Below the pieces are notes generated by a model. It saw only the letters and a list, made by a program, of their open reading frames with translations, ran no database searches and had not been told where the DNA came from. A stretch of 64,000 nucleotides of DNA, taken from contig MU054117.1 of the NCBI GenBank assembly GCA_013239625.1, positions 1,796,011 to 1,860,010 of the forward strand, in the 5' to 3' direction. The translations under genes were made by a program, and so were the position numbers. Source of the DNA: Lama guanicoe. Its lineage: Eukaryota. Below, one piece after another: positions 1 to 12,730 of the stretch; the stretch's first letter is position 1; every line of letters begins with the position of its first letter.

Positions 1-84
1 GGGATGGAGAAGAGAGAAAGAACTGGAAAGAAGACGTCTTAAGCTGCATCCTGCCTCCATCACCTGGCAGCTGCAGGGGCCTGG

Positions 85-175
85 CTTGGTCTCTTTGGTT
101 TTAGTTTCCTCACCTGTAAATTGCAACGAGGTCACTGGGAAGGTCAAGTGAAATAAAGTGTGTGCGGAGTACTCT
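85..175 (+). mobile_element. MIR SINE core fragment
   Basis: TTAGTTTCCTCACCTGTAAA resembles the MIR core CTCAGTTTCCTCATCTGTAAAATGGG. Confidence 0.55.
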
Positions 176-1343
176 GACATCATAAGCCACTCTCCCCACA
201 TCAGTTGTCCCCCCTCCACACACACACTCACACACACTCACATGTGCACGTCCATGGGATTAAAGGGGCAACCAGGAACCCTGCCCTCCAACTCTCGAAT
301 TCCACCTTTGCCCCTAAGCTGCCCGCTGTCTGTGAGATGAAGTGGTTGGACTGGCACTTCCATCTCAGTCTCTGAGCTCGGATTGCACACTCAGAGCTCC
401 AGTCCAGCCCTTCCCCCGAGTCACGGGCTGAGCACGCAGCCCTCGTACCCCTTACATCTGTTCCCTATGGCCCCCCCCCCCAGCCTCCAACCTCCCCACA
501 CCCCACGCCGAGTCCTGGGTGCTCTTGGGAACCACTCAGATTCTGGGCAGGTGGTGTAGTTTACAAGCTGTAAAGGCCTCTGGACAATCACAAGTTATAC
601 AAAATGGTGTGGAGTTTTTCAAGTCTTGAAATGACATACTAGGGGAAAAAAAATAGGAAGAAGAAGGTGTAAAAAGCAAAGTCAAAATTATGGGTACTTG
701 CCAGTAGAAGGAGGGAGGCTGGTGCACAGAGCCTCTCTGCCCACAGAGTTCCCCAGTGAGTCTGAGTGTCACCGTCACAGGTCCCCACGGGACTGGAGAC
801 AGAGGGCAGGATGGGTAAGACAGGACCAGGGGGCTCCGGGGTCCTGCCAGCCTCACCTCCATCTGCTTTGTGGTAACTTCTGCACAGGATTCATTTGAGG
901 AAAGGCTCCCTTGCCTTGGAAAGTCTGGAAACCACGGATCTCTCTCCTATTACTAAGAAGAGATCTGCTATTACTCTTCCTTAAGTCACCAAGGGAGTGC
1001 CAGGCACATTTTAATCACAGAGGTGAGAGGTGAGAAGTGTTTCATACCAACACGAGGAGGTCCTGGTATTACTCAGTCACTGAACAGTGAGTCACAGGTA
1101 AAATCCCCCTGCCCCGAATGCAAAAGAACACAGGGGAATTTTTCTCACCACAGCCAAGAGCATCCCCAGGCGGGCCTCGTGGGGAGTTCCCCTGACAGCT
1201 CTGCGCCCTGAGCACCGATTTATGTCACATCAGGCTTTGCCGTTGACCGTCCATCAGGAGGTGAGCGTCCAGGATGGGAACATCTAGTGTGTGATGGTCC
1301 CTGCCAAGCAAAGCTTTGAAAACATGAATTTCGATCTAAGATT

Positions 1344-1516
1344 CCGCTGTCCAGGATGGTAGCTATGGGCTAATTAAATGTAAATATATTAAGATCAAGT
1401 AAAATTTAAAATTCAGACTCTCAGTCACACTAGCCACACTTCATGCTCAATTCCTACATGTGGCCGACAGTTGTGGCGCTGAACAGTGAAGATGGAACTG
1501 TTCTGTTGGGCAGCAC
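1344..1516 (-). mobile_element. MER3-like hAT-Charlie non-autonomous DNA transposon
   Basis: GCTGTCCAGGATGGTAGC...AAAATTTAAAATTCAGACTCTCAGTCACACTAGCCACAC...TGTTCTGTTGGGCAGCAC follows the recalled reverse-complement MER3 consensus. Confidence 0.75.
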
Positions 1517-2620
1517 CGGAGTCACGCAACCGAATTCTCAACTGTCCCTTTGCCCGGCCTGGGCCCCTCATCTGACCCTGCCTGGTAGCTCTCTCCACAG
1601 ACAGCCCCTCCCCTCAAAAAGCTTCCCTTTCCCACCCATCCCGGCCCTAAGATTCCTGGAGCAGTGAGTCCAGAAGTGGCAGAACTGATGTGTAAGTGAG
1701 CACAAATGAGGTTTGAGCACACGCTGACGTCGGCCTTTGTTCTCACTTCTGTACCTTGTTTGTTGTTAAGCTGCCCTGCAGAGGTAACCAACAGGGGTGA
1801 TTTTTCCTAAAAATCTTCTAATTACATCAACACTGCTTTAGGGATCCTTAACTTTTACATCCTAAAATTCAGACCTGGATCTGAGATCTGATACTGTTCC
1901 ATGGGAAGTGTTTAAACTTCACCACAAGAAATGCAAGTTAAAGGCGGGAGGGGTCTTAGGGACCATCTCTGCTCTCAGCTCCACTTTCCATGGAGGAGAA
2001 GGCACGACCAGGAGGAGCGCAGAGACTGCCTGAGGACACACAGCGACTCGGCACGGGGATCGCAGGTCCCGGCGTTCACCCGAGGGCTCCTCTCACTATT
2101 CGGCATTAAGGGGTCTTCTTCCTGCTGGACCCTCCGCGGCCCTACACCTCTTTGCTCCTCCTGCACAGCAAGACACCCCTCAGGGCCTCACCGCAGGCCC
2201 CCATTCCACGACCACCTTCACACTTGTCCTGAGTGTTCACTGATCTGTTACGTTCAAGCATATTAAAAATATATATATATACTTCCCAAGAGGCGGTTTC
2301 CCCAAAAGTGCCCCTGGGCTTCCCCCTGCAGAAGTCACCCTCACAGGAAAGGGAAACAGGACTCTTTGCCATCTAGGCTGAAGAGCCCCCGCGACCTACA
2401 GTTTCAGTGTCACAGCCAAAGGTCAGAAGCACTCCTCACTGCAGCCCAGCTTTCCAGCGTGTGTCTCACAAGGACACACATTTTTATTTTATATCATGTG
2501 ATCCTGCAGTAGGGGCTCAGCTGTCACCTCTCAAGTGGGAGTAAAACTTCAGAGACCTGGCCTGGGAGCTTGGTCATGGTTGTGATAATGAGGACTCCAG
2601 ATCCTCTTTCTGCTGAGAAA

Positions 2621-2844
2621 CAGAAGTCGGTGGACTATGACCTGTGGGACCAAACCTGGTCCGTTATGTTTTTGTAAATAAAGTTTTATTGGAACATGGC
2701 CTCAGTCCTTTGTTTACGTATTACTGACAGCTGCTTTCAGGCTGCAACAGCAGAGCTGAGTAGTTGCCACAGGAGCTGCGTGGCCTACAAGGCTAAAAAA
2801 TATTTACCTTCTGTCCCTTTACAGAGCAGGGTTGCTGAGCCCTG
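2621..2844 (+). mobile_element. MER58A-like hAT-Charlie DNA transposon, near full length
   Basis: Diagnostic TGTTTTTGTAAATAAAGTTTTATTGGAACA, GCAGAGCTGAGTAGTTGC, AAAATATTTAC...CCCTTTACAGA, ending CCCTG. Confidence 0.85.
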
Positions 2845-3409
2845 GTCCAGAGTCACAGCAGATAAACCACTTTCCATATCCCACTTGCTACTTACTTCCA
2901 AATGATGCTTACGAGGAAAGGTCCAAATCCAGGAAGATGCTGGCAAAGCGAAACCATCATCACAGCCAGTGACAGCTGCTTCCTTTTAAAACCAACGTGC
3001 CTGTGAGTAGGGATTTGGGGGGATACATTCAGGTGCTTTGCTCTTCTGCATTTCTTGTTCTGATTTCCCCTCTGCTCGGCCAGATGCATTCCTATTGTCT
3101 AAAGGATGATCGGGGCTGCCACAGAGACGCGAGCTGATATCTTGCTTCTGACATCCAAAATAAGGGTTTCCAACCAGACGGTATTTTTGATGGCCAAGTA
3201 TTATCAAGAATGAGGATTTTTCTAAATTTGTTTCCTTTTTGAATTACTATCACTGAGTTCTACATAAGGCAAGTCCCAACCAAACAAAGAGAAAGAAGAC
3301 AAAGCCCACCGTTTCTGACCCCAGATCATTCGAACTAGGGGAAGAGGGAAAGCGAGCGAGGAGAATGTGGGCATTTGGACGCAGCTGCCGTCTCTGAGCC
3401 AAAACCACG

Positions 3410-3590
3410 GATACGAGCACGACTCTGAACCCAGACGGCCTGGGTTCAAACCTTGGTTCCACCTTGGACAGTTCAGCCTCTTTGTGCTTCTGCTTTGTCT
3501 GTAAACAGGGGCAACGGTATCACCTCCCTTGCAGAATTATGAGAACTGAGCGTTGAGGGGCTGAGGACACTGCTCGTCACTTAGCAGCAC
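3410..3590 (+). mobile_element. MIR SINE
   Basis: CCAGACGGCCTGGGTTCAAACCTTGGTTCCACC B-box region followed by a degraded core (CTGTAAACAGGG). Confidence 0.65.
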
Positions 3591-5049
3591 TGTTTTGGGG
3601 GGGAGGGTGTTACCGCAGATTTTGGAAGGACTGCTGAAAAGAGGGTGGGCTCTCTCTCATTCCCATCTTGGGGCCTGAAGGAGATCACCTGAAAGGCTGC
3701 CCCTGCACCAACCTGGAGCAGCCTCAAAGCAAATTCTGCACCAGAAGCGGGGTTAAGCTTGCCCTTCTCCAGAGACCAGGGCCGTGAGCCCAGTGCCTGG
3801 CGGGAGACATTCCGGAGGGGACCATCTTGGGGTGGGGGGACCACTGAGCTGGGACCACCAAGACAGGAGCACATGCAAGTCACAGTCACAGCAGGTCTCA
3901 GGGGGTCCAGTCACCACCAGAGCCCAGATGGGCAGAGTCAGAGAGAGAGCCCACTGGGTCCCTGAAAGCAGACAGAGGAGGACCATGAGTTATCCCGGCC
4001 ACAGGCATCAGCCACCAATGCCAGCCTCTCTGAGCCACCAGTGTGGGGGCAGCCCCACCGCCCCCAGCATCTCCATCACAGAAACCAGCAGAACAAGAGG
4101 CCACAGGCTACATCAAAGAGCCACCACCAGCCCTGCAGCCAAGCATCTAGAAACCACACCCCTCTCCCGTGCACCCAGGTGCCGCACTCGGGGGAGAGGG
4201 GTGGACACTGGGAAGTTTACAGACTGACATCTAGCCCTCATCCCGTTGTCCACCCTCCCTCTTACCACCTGCCCAGCAGGGTGGGGATTTAGGACACGAG
4301 ATCATTTAACAGAAGTAAATTGTCCTTTTATGGTTGCACCCCTGAGGGTGGTGAGAGTCAATATGGGACTCCGTTCCCCTCTGGAGTTGGATTATGCCCC
4401 TTTAACAGCGCCCCTCGCGCCCAGAGGCACTCCCACACTCCGATCCCCACCTGCACAAGCTAGTATCTAAAACCAGCTTCGGGGACGAGCCAGAGGCAGC
4501 TTCGGCTGAAAGGCAAACGAGAAGGAAAACCCTTCCAAGAAAGACTCACTCCCAGTAGCTTTATTTTAAACGCAGGGAAAATGCAACTCCTTGCGTAAAC
4601 AGACTTGGAAGGTACGACTTTTTCCTGCTCTCTTTGTAGCTAATCAGGGGAGACAACGAGGGCGTCAAACAGCTCATCAATAAACATGTATTGTTCACAC
4701 ACTTTGTAGAATAAGGCTTATGCTTCGGGACTATTAAGTAAACTACTTTTTTTTCCTTAAGCTTTTAGGGCAGAGGGAACGAAGGGGAGAGGAAGAATCC
4801 CCAGGCCTCCATCCTGGAAATGCGCTGGAGGCTACCCACCCTTGGTGACTGGGGACCCACTCAGCTCCAGCGGCAGGAAGTCAGACGGCGTTCGTCCTCA
4901 TGCGGTTTCTAAACTTCCTAAGATAAATCCACCAGGTTTCTCTGCCAATAGTAAAGCTCTTGCTCAAAGCAGGCTGGGTGGCCTCAGATGGCTCCTCTGG
5001 GCTGGGGGGCGTTGGACTCACCAGGGTAAACGATGCTGTCACCACCAAC

Positions 5050-5750
5050 TCGAAAGGCCACCTATCAACATGCCACGTGCCAGGCCTGGAGCGCGTGCGC
5101 ACACACGCACGTGTGCACCCCTTCCCCCCAAGAGGCTGAGGCCAGGACGGCACCCACATCAGGTGGATGAAGAGCAGGTCCGTCCTGCCCACTGGGCGCC
5201 GTCTCCACCCACAGAGAGCGCAGAGACCAGACCCGGGCCTGGGCCACCAACGCTGGGAAGGTGCCCTGCGGCAGCAGGGCTGAAGCCAGAAGAGGGATCC
5301 TCGACCTTCGGGCGAGTTCTCTCTGTGGGGGGAACGGGAGCAGAGGCCGGGTCGGGGGGAAGGAGGAATGTCTGGGTCACTGGATAGGCCCCCTCCCCTC
5401 CCACTCCTTTCTCTCCGTTTCCCTGTCTGGGTCTCCGCTGGTTTTGAACTTTGTGAGAAGCGGCTTGCTCAGATGCCTCCCAGCCTCTGCTTCCTCTTGT
5501 CAGTCAGGAGCGAGTTACATCGGTGTTACCAGAAAATGATTTCACGTTCCGAACAGGGTTCCCCCCCGACCCCAGCACCCATCTGAGAGCCGCAGCCCTA
5601 GTCCGGCCCAGGCACCGCGGGAGGAGGCGGTGGGAGGCACTGGCCGGGCGAGTCGGGGTGCCGGGGCCGGTGCTCTGCGGCCCCGTGTCCCGAACAGTCA
5701 GCCTTGCGCGGGGATCACGGCGGTCACGTGAGGAGCTTTCACAGGTAAAC
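5050..5750. promoter_or_regulatory. CpG-rich promoter/enhancer-like region with NRF1-type and E-box motifs
   Basis: GCGCGTGCGCA (5091-5101, NRF1-type), several CACGTG including GTCACGTGAG near 5725, high CpG density at 5600-5730. Confidence 0.45.
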
Positions 5751-7715
5751 AGCTGAAGGCTGGAGAAGGGCTTCTGAGACGGAGAGGTTTTCATCATGGA
5801 ATCTATTCTTCAAGCAAAATCATAAGCAGCACCCCGTATATGCTCCAGACCAAAGGGGGGCTGCTGTGTGTGCTGGGCAGGGTGGGGGGGCCTGGCGGAG
5901 CAGCCCCCCGGACCCTCAGCCCCTGGGACACAACCAGGGAGGGTCCCCAGTGGCTCAGTCCAAACCATGGCTCTAGTAGGACCGCATCTCAGTGCCCTTT
6001 TCCTCTCTGTCATCCAGCCCCAAGCGTGGCCCCAGCCGGGTCTGCCGGCCCCTCGGCTGGAACACTCTTCCCCTCGGCTGGCTCCTTCCGAGACACGCGG
6101 GCCTCGTCTGGAGTGTTACTGCCTCCGGGAGACCTTCCCTCCAGCCTCTGCGGGGAGCCCTCTCCCCACGGGTCTCCACCCGCCGCACCGCTCACCACCG
6201 CTGGCTGCGGAGTGCTGCCAGCTCACTCCCTCGAGCTGATCCCTTGCAGCAGAACATACACTCCTGAGGGCAGGACCGCCCTGTTCAGTCCCTGCCCGGT
6301 CCCCCAGGGCCAGGCCAGGCCCTGGTACACAGCGGTTCCTCAGAAAACACTCGTTAAGTGAGGGAGTTAAGGAAACCATGAACTGAGGGGGTCGATTACA
6401 GGCATCAGGTCACAAAAGGGTCAGGACTCCAGCCGGGGGACACTCACTTTTCACTTGATCGGGTTCAGGCCGCCCCTGGACCCTCAGCAGCAAAGGGAAA
6501 AGCCCTGCTCACTTCCAGTCTCTGAGGGATGTTTCCGACGTGAGGACCATCCTGAGCTCAAATATCCTGAGCTACGGGCTCAGGGCTCGCATCTGAAAGG
6601 GGGTTCAGAAGGAAAGAGGCAGGCCTGAGGAGGAGCCACTGCCAGGCCTTGACAGACGTCTCTGACAGGCGCCTGCATGTCAAGGTTCCCGTCCCCCTTC
6701 ACTAGAAGGGTTACTCTCTCTCTCCTAATACACTCTTGCTCTGGAATCTTATTCACACCCTCCTCTGGTCATTTATCTATGTGGTTGGTCAGAAGGTTAT
6801 CCAGTAGTTTCCACAACTTCCTGTCCAGCTCTCTGGACCAAATTAAGTTCTGGACCTGGATCCTTTTTGTAAACGGAGACACTGTCATCTTCTGAGAAAG
6901 AGGTGAGCTTTGGTCAAGGATCTCGTGGCATGATCCCCCACTCTCCTCACGTGACAGCTGCCACAGGAAATCCAGCGGAAAGACATACAAAGACCCTAGA
7001 ATATTATGTACTGAATACATATTCCTTCCTCCTCTGTCTGGGGGACGGTTTCCCCGAGGTGGGTCTACTCACTGCGGCACAGCCGCTTCATCCGGGCATC
7101 CGGCAAACGTCTGCAGGTCCCTAACCACACAGCTCGCCCCACGCGCACCGGGCGTGCAAAGGACACCGCACCTCCGGAGGTCAGTGCGGGGGTGGGTCTC
7201 CTGCACGAGCCAAGGAACGCTGCTCTGGGCCGCAGTCCAAAAACTAACTCTTAAACCTGTAAATGTGCTGTCTACATTTCCAACATAAACGTCCAAGAAG
7301 GACAGCCAGTAAGCAGATGAGTGGTCTATTGTGCTCCAACTGAACACCTTCACATCCCGGTCCACGTAGCGATGGCACAGTATTTAACCCAGGGCAACTC
7401 TCTTCGTCATAGAAATCCTGCTGTCCCCTTTGTAATCCTGACCTTGGGGACTGCTTTTATGTTCAGTACTAGATTAACACCTACTGACCAGTCCCCCGTC
7501 ACCAAAACAAACCAAACCAAAGGAAGAACAAATATTTACTGAGCTTCAGCACTCAATAAAGTGCCAAAGGAACCATGAAACCTGACCTTACACAGCTCGT
7601 AATTAAGTGAAAGAGATATACACAATTACCTACACTATAAAGCACCCATTTGGTTGAAACAGTGTTTCAAAACACATGGTACAATCGCCACCAAGTAGCA
7701 AAGGTACTACCGATG

Positions 7716-7799
7716 GCTGATGACTTTTTACCATCATGATAATCTTTAGAATTTTAGGCTGATGACTTTTTACCATCATGATAATCTTTAGAATTTTAG
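7716..7799. repeat. Perfect 42-bp tandem duplication
   Basis: GCTGATGACTTTTTACCATCATGATAATCTTTAGAATTTTAG at 7716-7757 and again at 7758-7799. Confidence 0.97.
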
Positions 7800-8779
7800 T
7801 GTGTATTTACAAAAAATGTAACAAATCCATCAAACCTGCAACTTCAAAATTTTTACTGCTTAGGATGCAGCTAGAGTGAGTGAGTGCTAACACCTAAGGC
7901 AGACCTCGCGCACGACACGGGTGCACCCGACCGTGTCCATCACTGCACCTGTCTCAGCTGTGCAGCAGCGCGGCGGGCCGGACAGTGTGGATCGCACGCG
8001 TGTGTGTCTGGGCACACTGCTGCGTTCTTCCCACTAAAACACTGAAATCCTGAACAAGGTACAGCTGAAGTTTGGAAAACTCAGATCTAAAAAACTTTAA
8101 TTTAAGCCTCTACAATCTGTGTTGCAGGTGTTTTCCGAGGTCAAACCCTGTGAGACTGGGATGGCTGGTGAGGGGACAGCTGTGTGTGAAAACAGGGCAC
8201 TCTGCTGGGCTCCCCCTACCCTGCCCAACAGACATAGCAGCCCGCCTTTAGCCTCCTTTATGCCAAGGAGCTGGCGGAACGGCCCTCCCTGCTACCAGCT
8301 GGGGCGCGGCCTCCCTCCCTCCCCAAGCAGGTGGAGCCCTGCCGGCCAAGGCTGCTCCCTCCCAGGCTCTGGACTTGACTCGCTCCCCATCCTCCCCCGG
8401 CTCCCAGAGGTGGGGTGTAGGAAGGGTTGAGGAAATCCCTTTCCTCCTCTTCAGCCCGTCTTGCACCCCTACCCTGAAGGCCGGGGTCCAGGCCTCTCTC
8501 CACGCTGCCTCCTGGACAGGGCTCTTCTCCTGCCGGGGGGGGGGCCCTAAACAGTCAGCCCTCTGCCCCCAGATGTGAAAGGAGACGGGAGATGGCCAGA
8601 GATGGTCTCCAGCAGGGGAGCTGGGACTTGTACATACCAGATGCAAATGCAGTGCAGAAGGGGTTAAGGACAGCGAGGGCCGGACAGGACGCACAGGGAG
8701 TGGAGGCAAAAGTGACTCATCAACAGGAGGGCTACAGAGAAAGTGCTCGGACGGATTCCAAATGGGAGTTCCAGAAAAC

Positions 8780-9262
8780 GATTTGGTAGCACGCGTCAAG
8801 AGACTTGAAAACAACCCAGTAACCTCACTTCTAGAATCGGTCTATGAAAATTATCAGACAGGTGCTCAGATACGTGAGGGTGTCCACTGAAATACTTACA
8901 ACAAAAAATGGCGTGTCCAACAATGAAGGAACAGTGAAATAAATTTCAGTACATTGTGAATGGACATCAGGGAATTTTTTTTCAATATTTGGGAAGAATA
9001 TTTAAAGGAATATCAAAATGCTAGCTATATCTTAAGTCAAAAAAGTGGTTTGTACAGAATGTTTATATAGAAGTGTGTAAACATGTATCCCAATTTCCTT
9101 TAAACATCATATAAATATGTACACAAAAACTACTCACAAGAAATACACCCAGGTGATATCTAGGTTATAAATATTTTCTTCTCTTACTTTTATTTTTACT
9201 TTTTATTTCCTTTACACATTTTCCACCAACCCATATATTATATTTAGAATAGGAAAAAAAAC
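8780..9262 (+). mobile_element. Ancient LINE-1 (L1ME-like) 3' fragment
   Basis: AACCCAGTAACCTCACTTCTAGAAT, TGTCCAACAATGAAGGA, AT-rich 3' UTR ending in an A-run. Confidence 0.6.
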
Positions 9263-9341
9263 CCTGTAGTTTAAAAGAGAAAATCAGAGAAGCAGATGAG
9301 CCTATATGCAAATAAACAGACCGTGAATATGGGCCCAGCAG

Positions 9342-9360
9342 ACACACACACACACACACA
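9342..9360. repeat. (AC)n microsatellite, about 9 units
   Basis: Direct reading. Confidence 0.95.
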
Positions 9361-9689
9361 TTTACTGCCTGCCTCTGACGACCGTGGGAACAACAGCTGA
9401 CCAGTCCTCTGTGGAAGCAGGCTTCTCCTGTTAAGCGGCTGTCCCACTTCCAAGAAAACGTCTTACAGAGTATCTCAACTCTCGCTTTCGTATCTGCCTA
9501 CGCTCCAAGAACAGACTTAGAAGCGTGGAATCCAGGGACAAACCTGCAGACCACCGAGTTTCTACACAGAGGGACAGTGTCAGACACAAGCTGGGGGGTT
9601 GCACCCCTGATTTAGAGCCTCCTGCTGACAACTTCAGCTACATGTCCTACAACCACCCGACAAACGATATAAAAATCATGTGCATCAAG

Positions 9690-10060
9690 TGGAGAAATAC
9701 AGAGGTGACAGCTAACTGGACAGACAAGACAGATGACAGGAAGACCTGGCATGACTTCCTGGAGGAGGCGGTCGCTGGGGGAACTCTGAAGCATGAGCAG
9801 GACTCTGACTGGTGGAGGACACTCTAGTGGTGAGGACAGTGTGAACAGAGGCTGGAAGCAGGAAACCGTAGGGCGTATCTGGGCAAAGATGAGCAGCCCA
9901 GTTTGTACAGCCCAGCAGGAGCACGCAGGGGGCGCGGGGAGAGAGACGGCTATAAAGGAAGGTTGGAACCAGGTCGTGACGCTCCTTGAAGGCCACGTGA
10001 CTCTCCTCTGGGACGACCTGGCCAGTGACTGGAGGACGGTCTTTGCTCCATAGAAGCACC
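9690..10060 (-). mobile_element. L2 LINE fragment
   Basis: GACTTCCTGGAGGAGGCGG...CTCTGAAGCATGAGCAGGA resembles antisense L2 3' region. Confidence 0.55.
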
Positions 10061-10489
10061 CAGGCTTCCAGATGGAGGTCCTGAAAAGGGGGTGGGCAAG
10101 GAATAAAAAGTGTGGCTGTGCCTCCCAAGACCGAACCCCTCTTTGAGCTGGGCTTTAAATGGGACCCGGTGGGGCCGCTAGTCTAGTAGACCAAAGGCCT
10201 TGTTTCATAGAGAAAACTGAGATCCAGAGACAGATGACGTTTAACTGGGCCTTAGAATCCTCACACACGACCTGCCCAAATCAGCCACCACGCCGGGCAG
10301 AGCAGCCGAGGGACAGCGGACAAGCTCCTCAGTACATGCTGTATCCGCTAACCCACATGCTCAGCGTGTGCAGAGCGAGAGGGCCTTCCGACCACGGGAA
10401 GCCATGGTCCTCCCAGCCACCAGTGGCCATGACTCGGCCTCTCGCGGAGGGGAACTGAGGCTCAGGGAGGCCAAGCATGGTACCCAGGG

Positions 10490-10659
10490 CGGGGGCGGCG
10501 GCCTACAGCCTGCCGTCACCTGGGAGCTTGTCAGAAATGCAAATTCTCAGGCCCCACCTCAGAGCTACAGATCAGAGACTGTGGGGACGGGGCCCAGCAA
10601 TCTGTATCTTGACATGTGTCTTGGTAATTCTGATGCAGAGAAAGTTTCAGAACCACTGC
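10490..10659 (+). mobile_element. MER5A hAT-Charlie DNA transposon
   Basis: TCACCTGGGAGCTTGTCAGAAATGCAAATTCTCAGGCCCCACC...GGGGCCCAGCAATCTGT...AAAGTTTCAGAACCACTG. Confidence 0.88.
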
Positions 10660-12629
10660 TTAGAGACACAGTTGATTGATGTGTGTTGGGGGCGGGGGGG
10701 GAGGGTGTGAGGCTCCAAGACTGGTCTCCCCTCTCGCAAGTAACCCTGGAAAAGCCAAGCGGTAGCCCTTGCCCCAGAGCTGGAGGAAGGGGCCAGGCAG
10801 GGATGGTGGCCAGGCCGGTGGGCCTGGGCTGGGGCAGATGCCGGGGAGGAGCTGCCTGTGACCTTCCGAGAGCACAAAGGATCTAAGCCGCACGAATCCA
10901 AAGTTCTTGTTTGGATACGGGCACCTCTGTGCTGTCACTGCTGCTGCCTGCCGCATACTTGTGGGGATTTACACCCACTCTGACGAGAGGTGTTTTGGGG
11001 TTACTGCCTCCTGGGAAAGAGGAGTGTGAGACAGGCCCACCCCACTGGGGGAGATTAAGTGTGATGAGGGCACCGGTGAGGATGGATGTCTCTCTCTTGT
11101 CACCGGCCCCGCCTCCCCTGGGAGGGGGGCAACCACGGGCGAGAGTGGGACCTGCCCACGGGCACCCCACACAGCTGCCCACAGTGGGGGTGCCCGCTCC
11201 TTCTCTTGGAGGGGGAAGAGCTCAGGGTCTTGGGGACAGGAGGAGGGAGGGCAGGGGTCAGTGCTGAAACACCAGTGGCGGCCGGGGATGGGGGGTCCTG
11301 CAACCTGGAGCATCTCTGCAAAGAGCTGCGGGGTCCTGGGCGGGGAGCCCCGGGCTGGGAGCTGGCCTGGCCCTGCAGGAGAATGGAAAACTCCTGGGCC
11401 TCTCCGAGGTGAACCTGTTTCCACAGCCTCCATCCAGGAACCAGGGATGTTCACCCCCGTGTAAGGGTCAGGCTCTGGTCTTTGTTTTGTGTGCCTGCCC
11501 TGTGCACAGGCCCGGAGTCCAGGGACCTGGCCACTGCCCGGATACACATGTTCAATCCGTTTGCAGCTGGGCGGGTCTCATTCAGGCCACCGGGACCTCT
11601 CCCCTTCAGCAGCCGTTTCCTAGAAAAGCGGTCCCCAGCGTTGATTCCAGCCGAGCTCAGCCCCCCGGAGGGCAGGGCGGGTGGGGCTGGCAGAGCTGGA
11701 CCTTGTGCCACGCCCTGTCTGTCTCTGCCGCCCTGGTTTTCCCAGCAATCTACGTGATCTCACGCTCATCCACACCCCTCGTTGTCAACAGCCTTCAAGC
11801 GGGTGAGGGGTGGGAGTAGGGAGCAGAACTCTTCCAAAACCCGTGACTGCTCTGGTTGCCACAGCAGAGGTTCTGTGAACCGGATTCAGGGCAGCTCCAG
11901 GCAATCGCTGGACGGCCAAGGCCTTCAGGGCCCCACGGGGCCTCCAGGCTGCAGGCTCCGTGCTCTCAGGCCCTCAAGGAGCCCCTGTAAAGGCTAAGAT
12001 TTCCGTCCCGTTTCCTGGTGGTCGTGGGCGTAGCCTGAAGAGGAGGCAGGGTGGGACGGACGGAGCCAAGGGAAGACGAGCTTTCTGCTCAGCGTTGTCC
12101 CCGGACCCCAACAGTTCAGGAGCGCCTGTGCTGTCCCCACATGCATTTCATAGTAACAATGGTCAAAGGGGCCTGTCAGTGTAAGAGACGGGGGACAGAG
12201 AGGCAGAGAGACAGAGGAAAGCCCATTTCCATTCCCCAGGGGATCTGCAGTGTTTTCCCTCCGCCCTTGCCATCCTGATGTGACCTACTTATCTACTCCC
12301 TTTAAAGGGAGGGACCCTGGCAGGCATCCCAGCCCAGGGCAGTTCTGAGTCTCAGAGGCAAGCTCTTTAGCAAGAGAAATCCAGAAGCTGTAAAGTTGGG
12401 GACCCAGGCCATAGGGAGGTCGGGCGAGGCTGGGGAAGAAGGGAGGAGGAGGTGGTGGCGCCACGGGACAGAGCTCAGCGGTGTCAGGACTCGGTGGGGA
12501 AGAGGTTCTGGCCCCCGAGCAGTGGTGGGAGCAGCAGACACCGGCAGCTGGAGACAGGGCGCCAGCCCGAGCAGAAGCAAACACCCCAGCTCCTGCAGGT
12601 TCCCTCCCCACTTTCTGCCCCGCGGTCCC

Positions 12630-12730
12630 TGAGCTGAGGTAGCTCATCTCAGAGCCCCCGTTTCCTGACCTGCAAAGAGGGGATAATCATTTCTACCTCA
12701 GAAGACTGATGGAAAAATTAAATAACTGAC
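12630..12730 (+). mobile_element. MIR core fragment
   Basis: GTTTCCTGACCTGCAAAGAGGGGATAATCATTTCTACCTCA. Confidence 0.6.

Noticed and set aside
6769..7365. Minus-strand ORFs with protein-like composition
   Set aside because: No convincing splice sites or recognisable family, and they are short enough to occur by chance.
7717..7762. C/D-box snoRNA-like TGATGA...CTGA arrangement
   Set aside because: Only about 46 nt with no terminal stem; the motif pairing is created by the 42-bp duplication.
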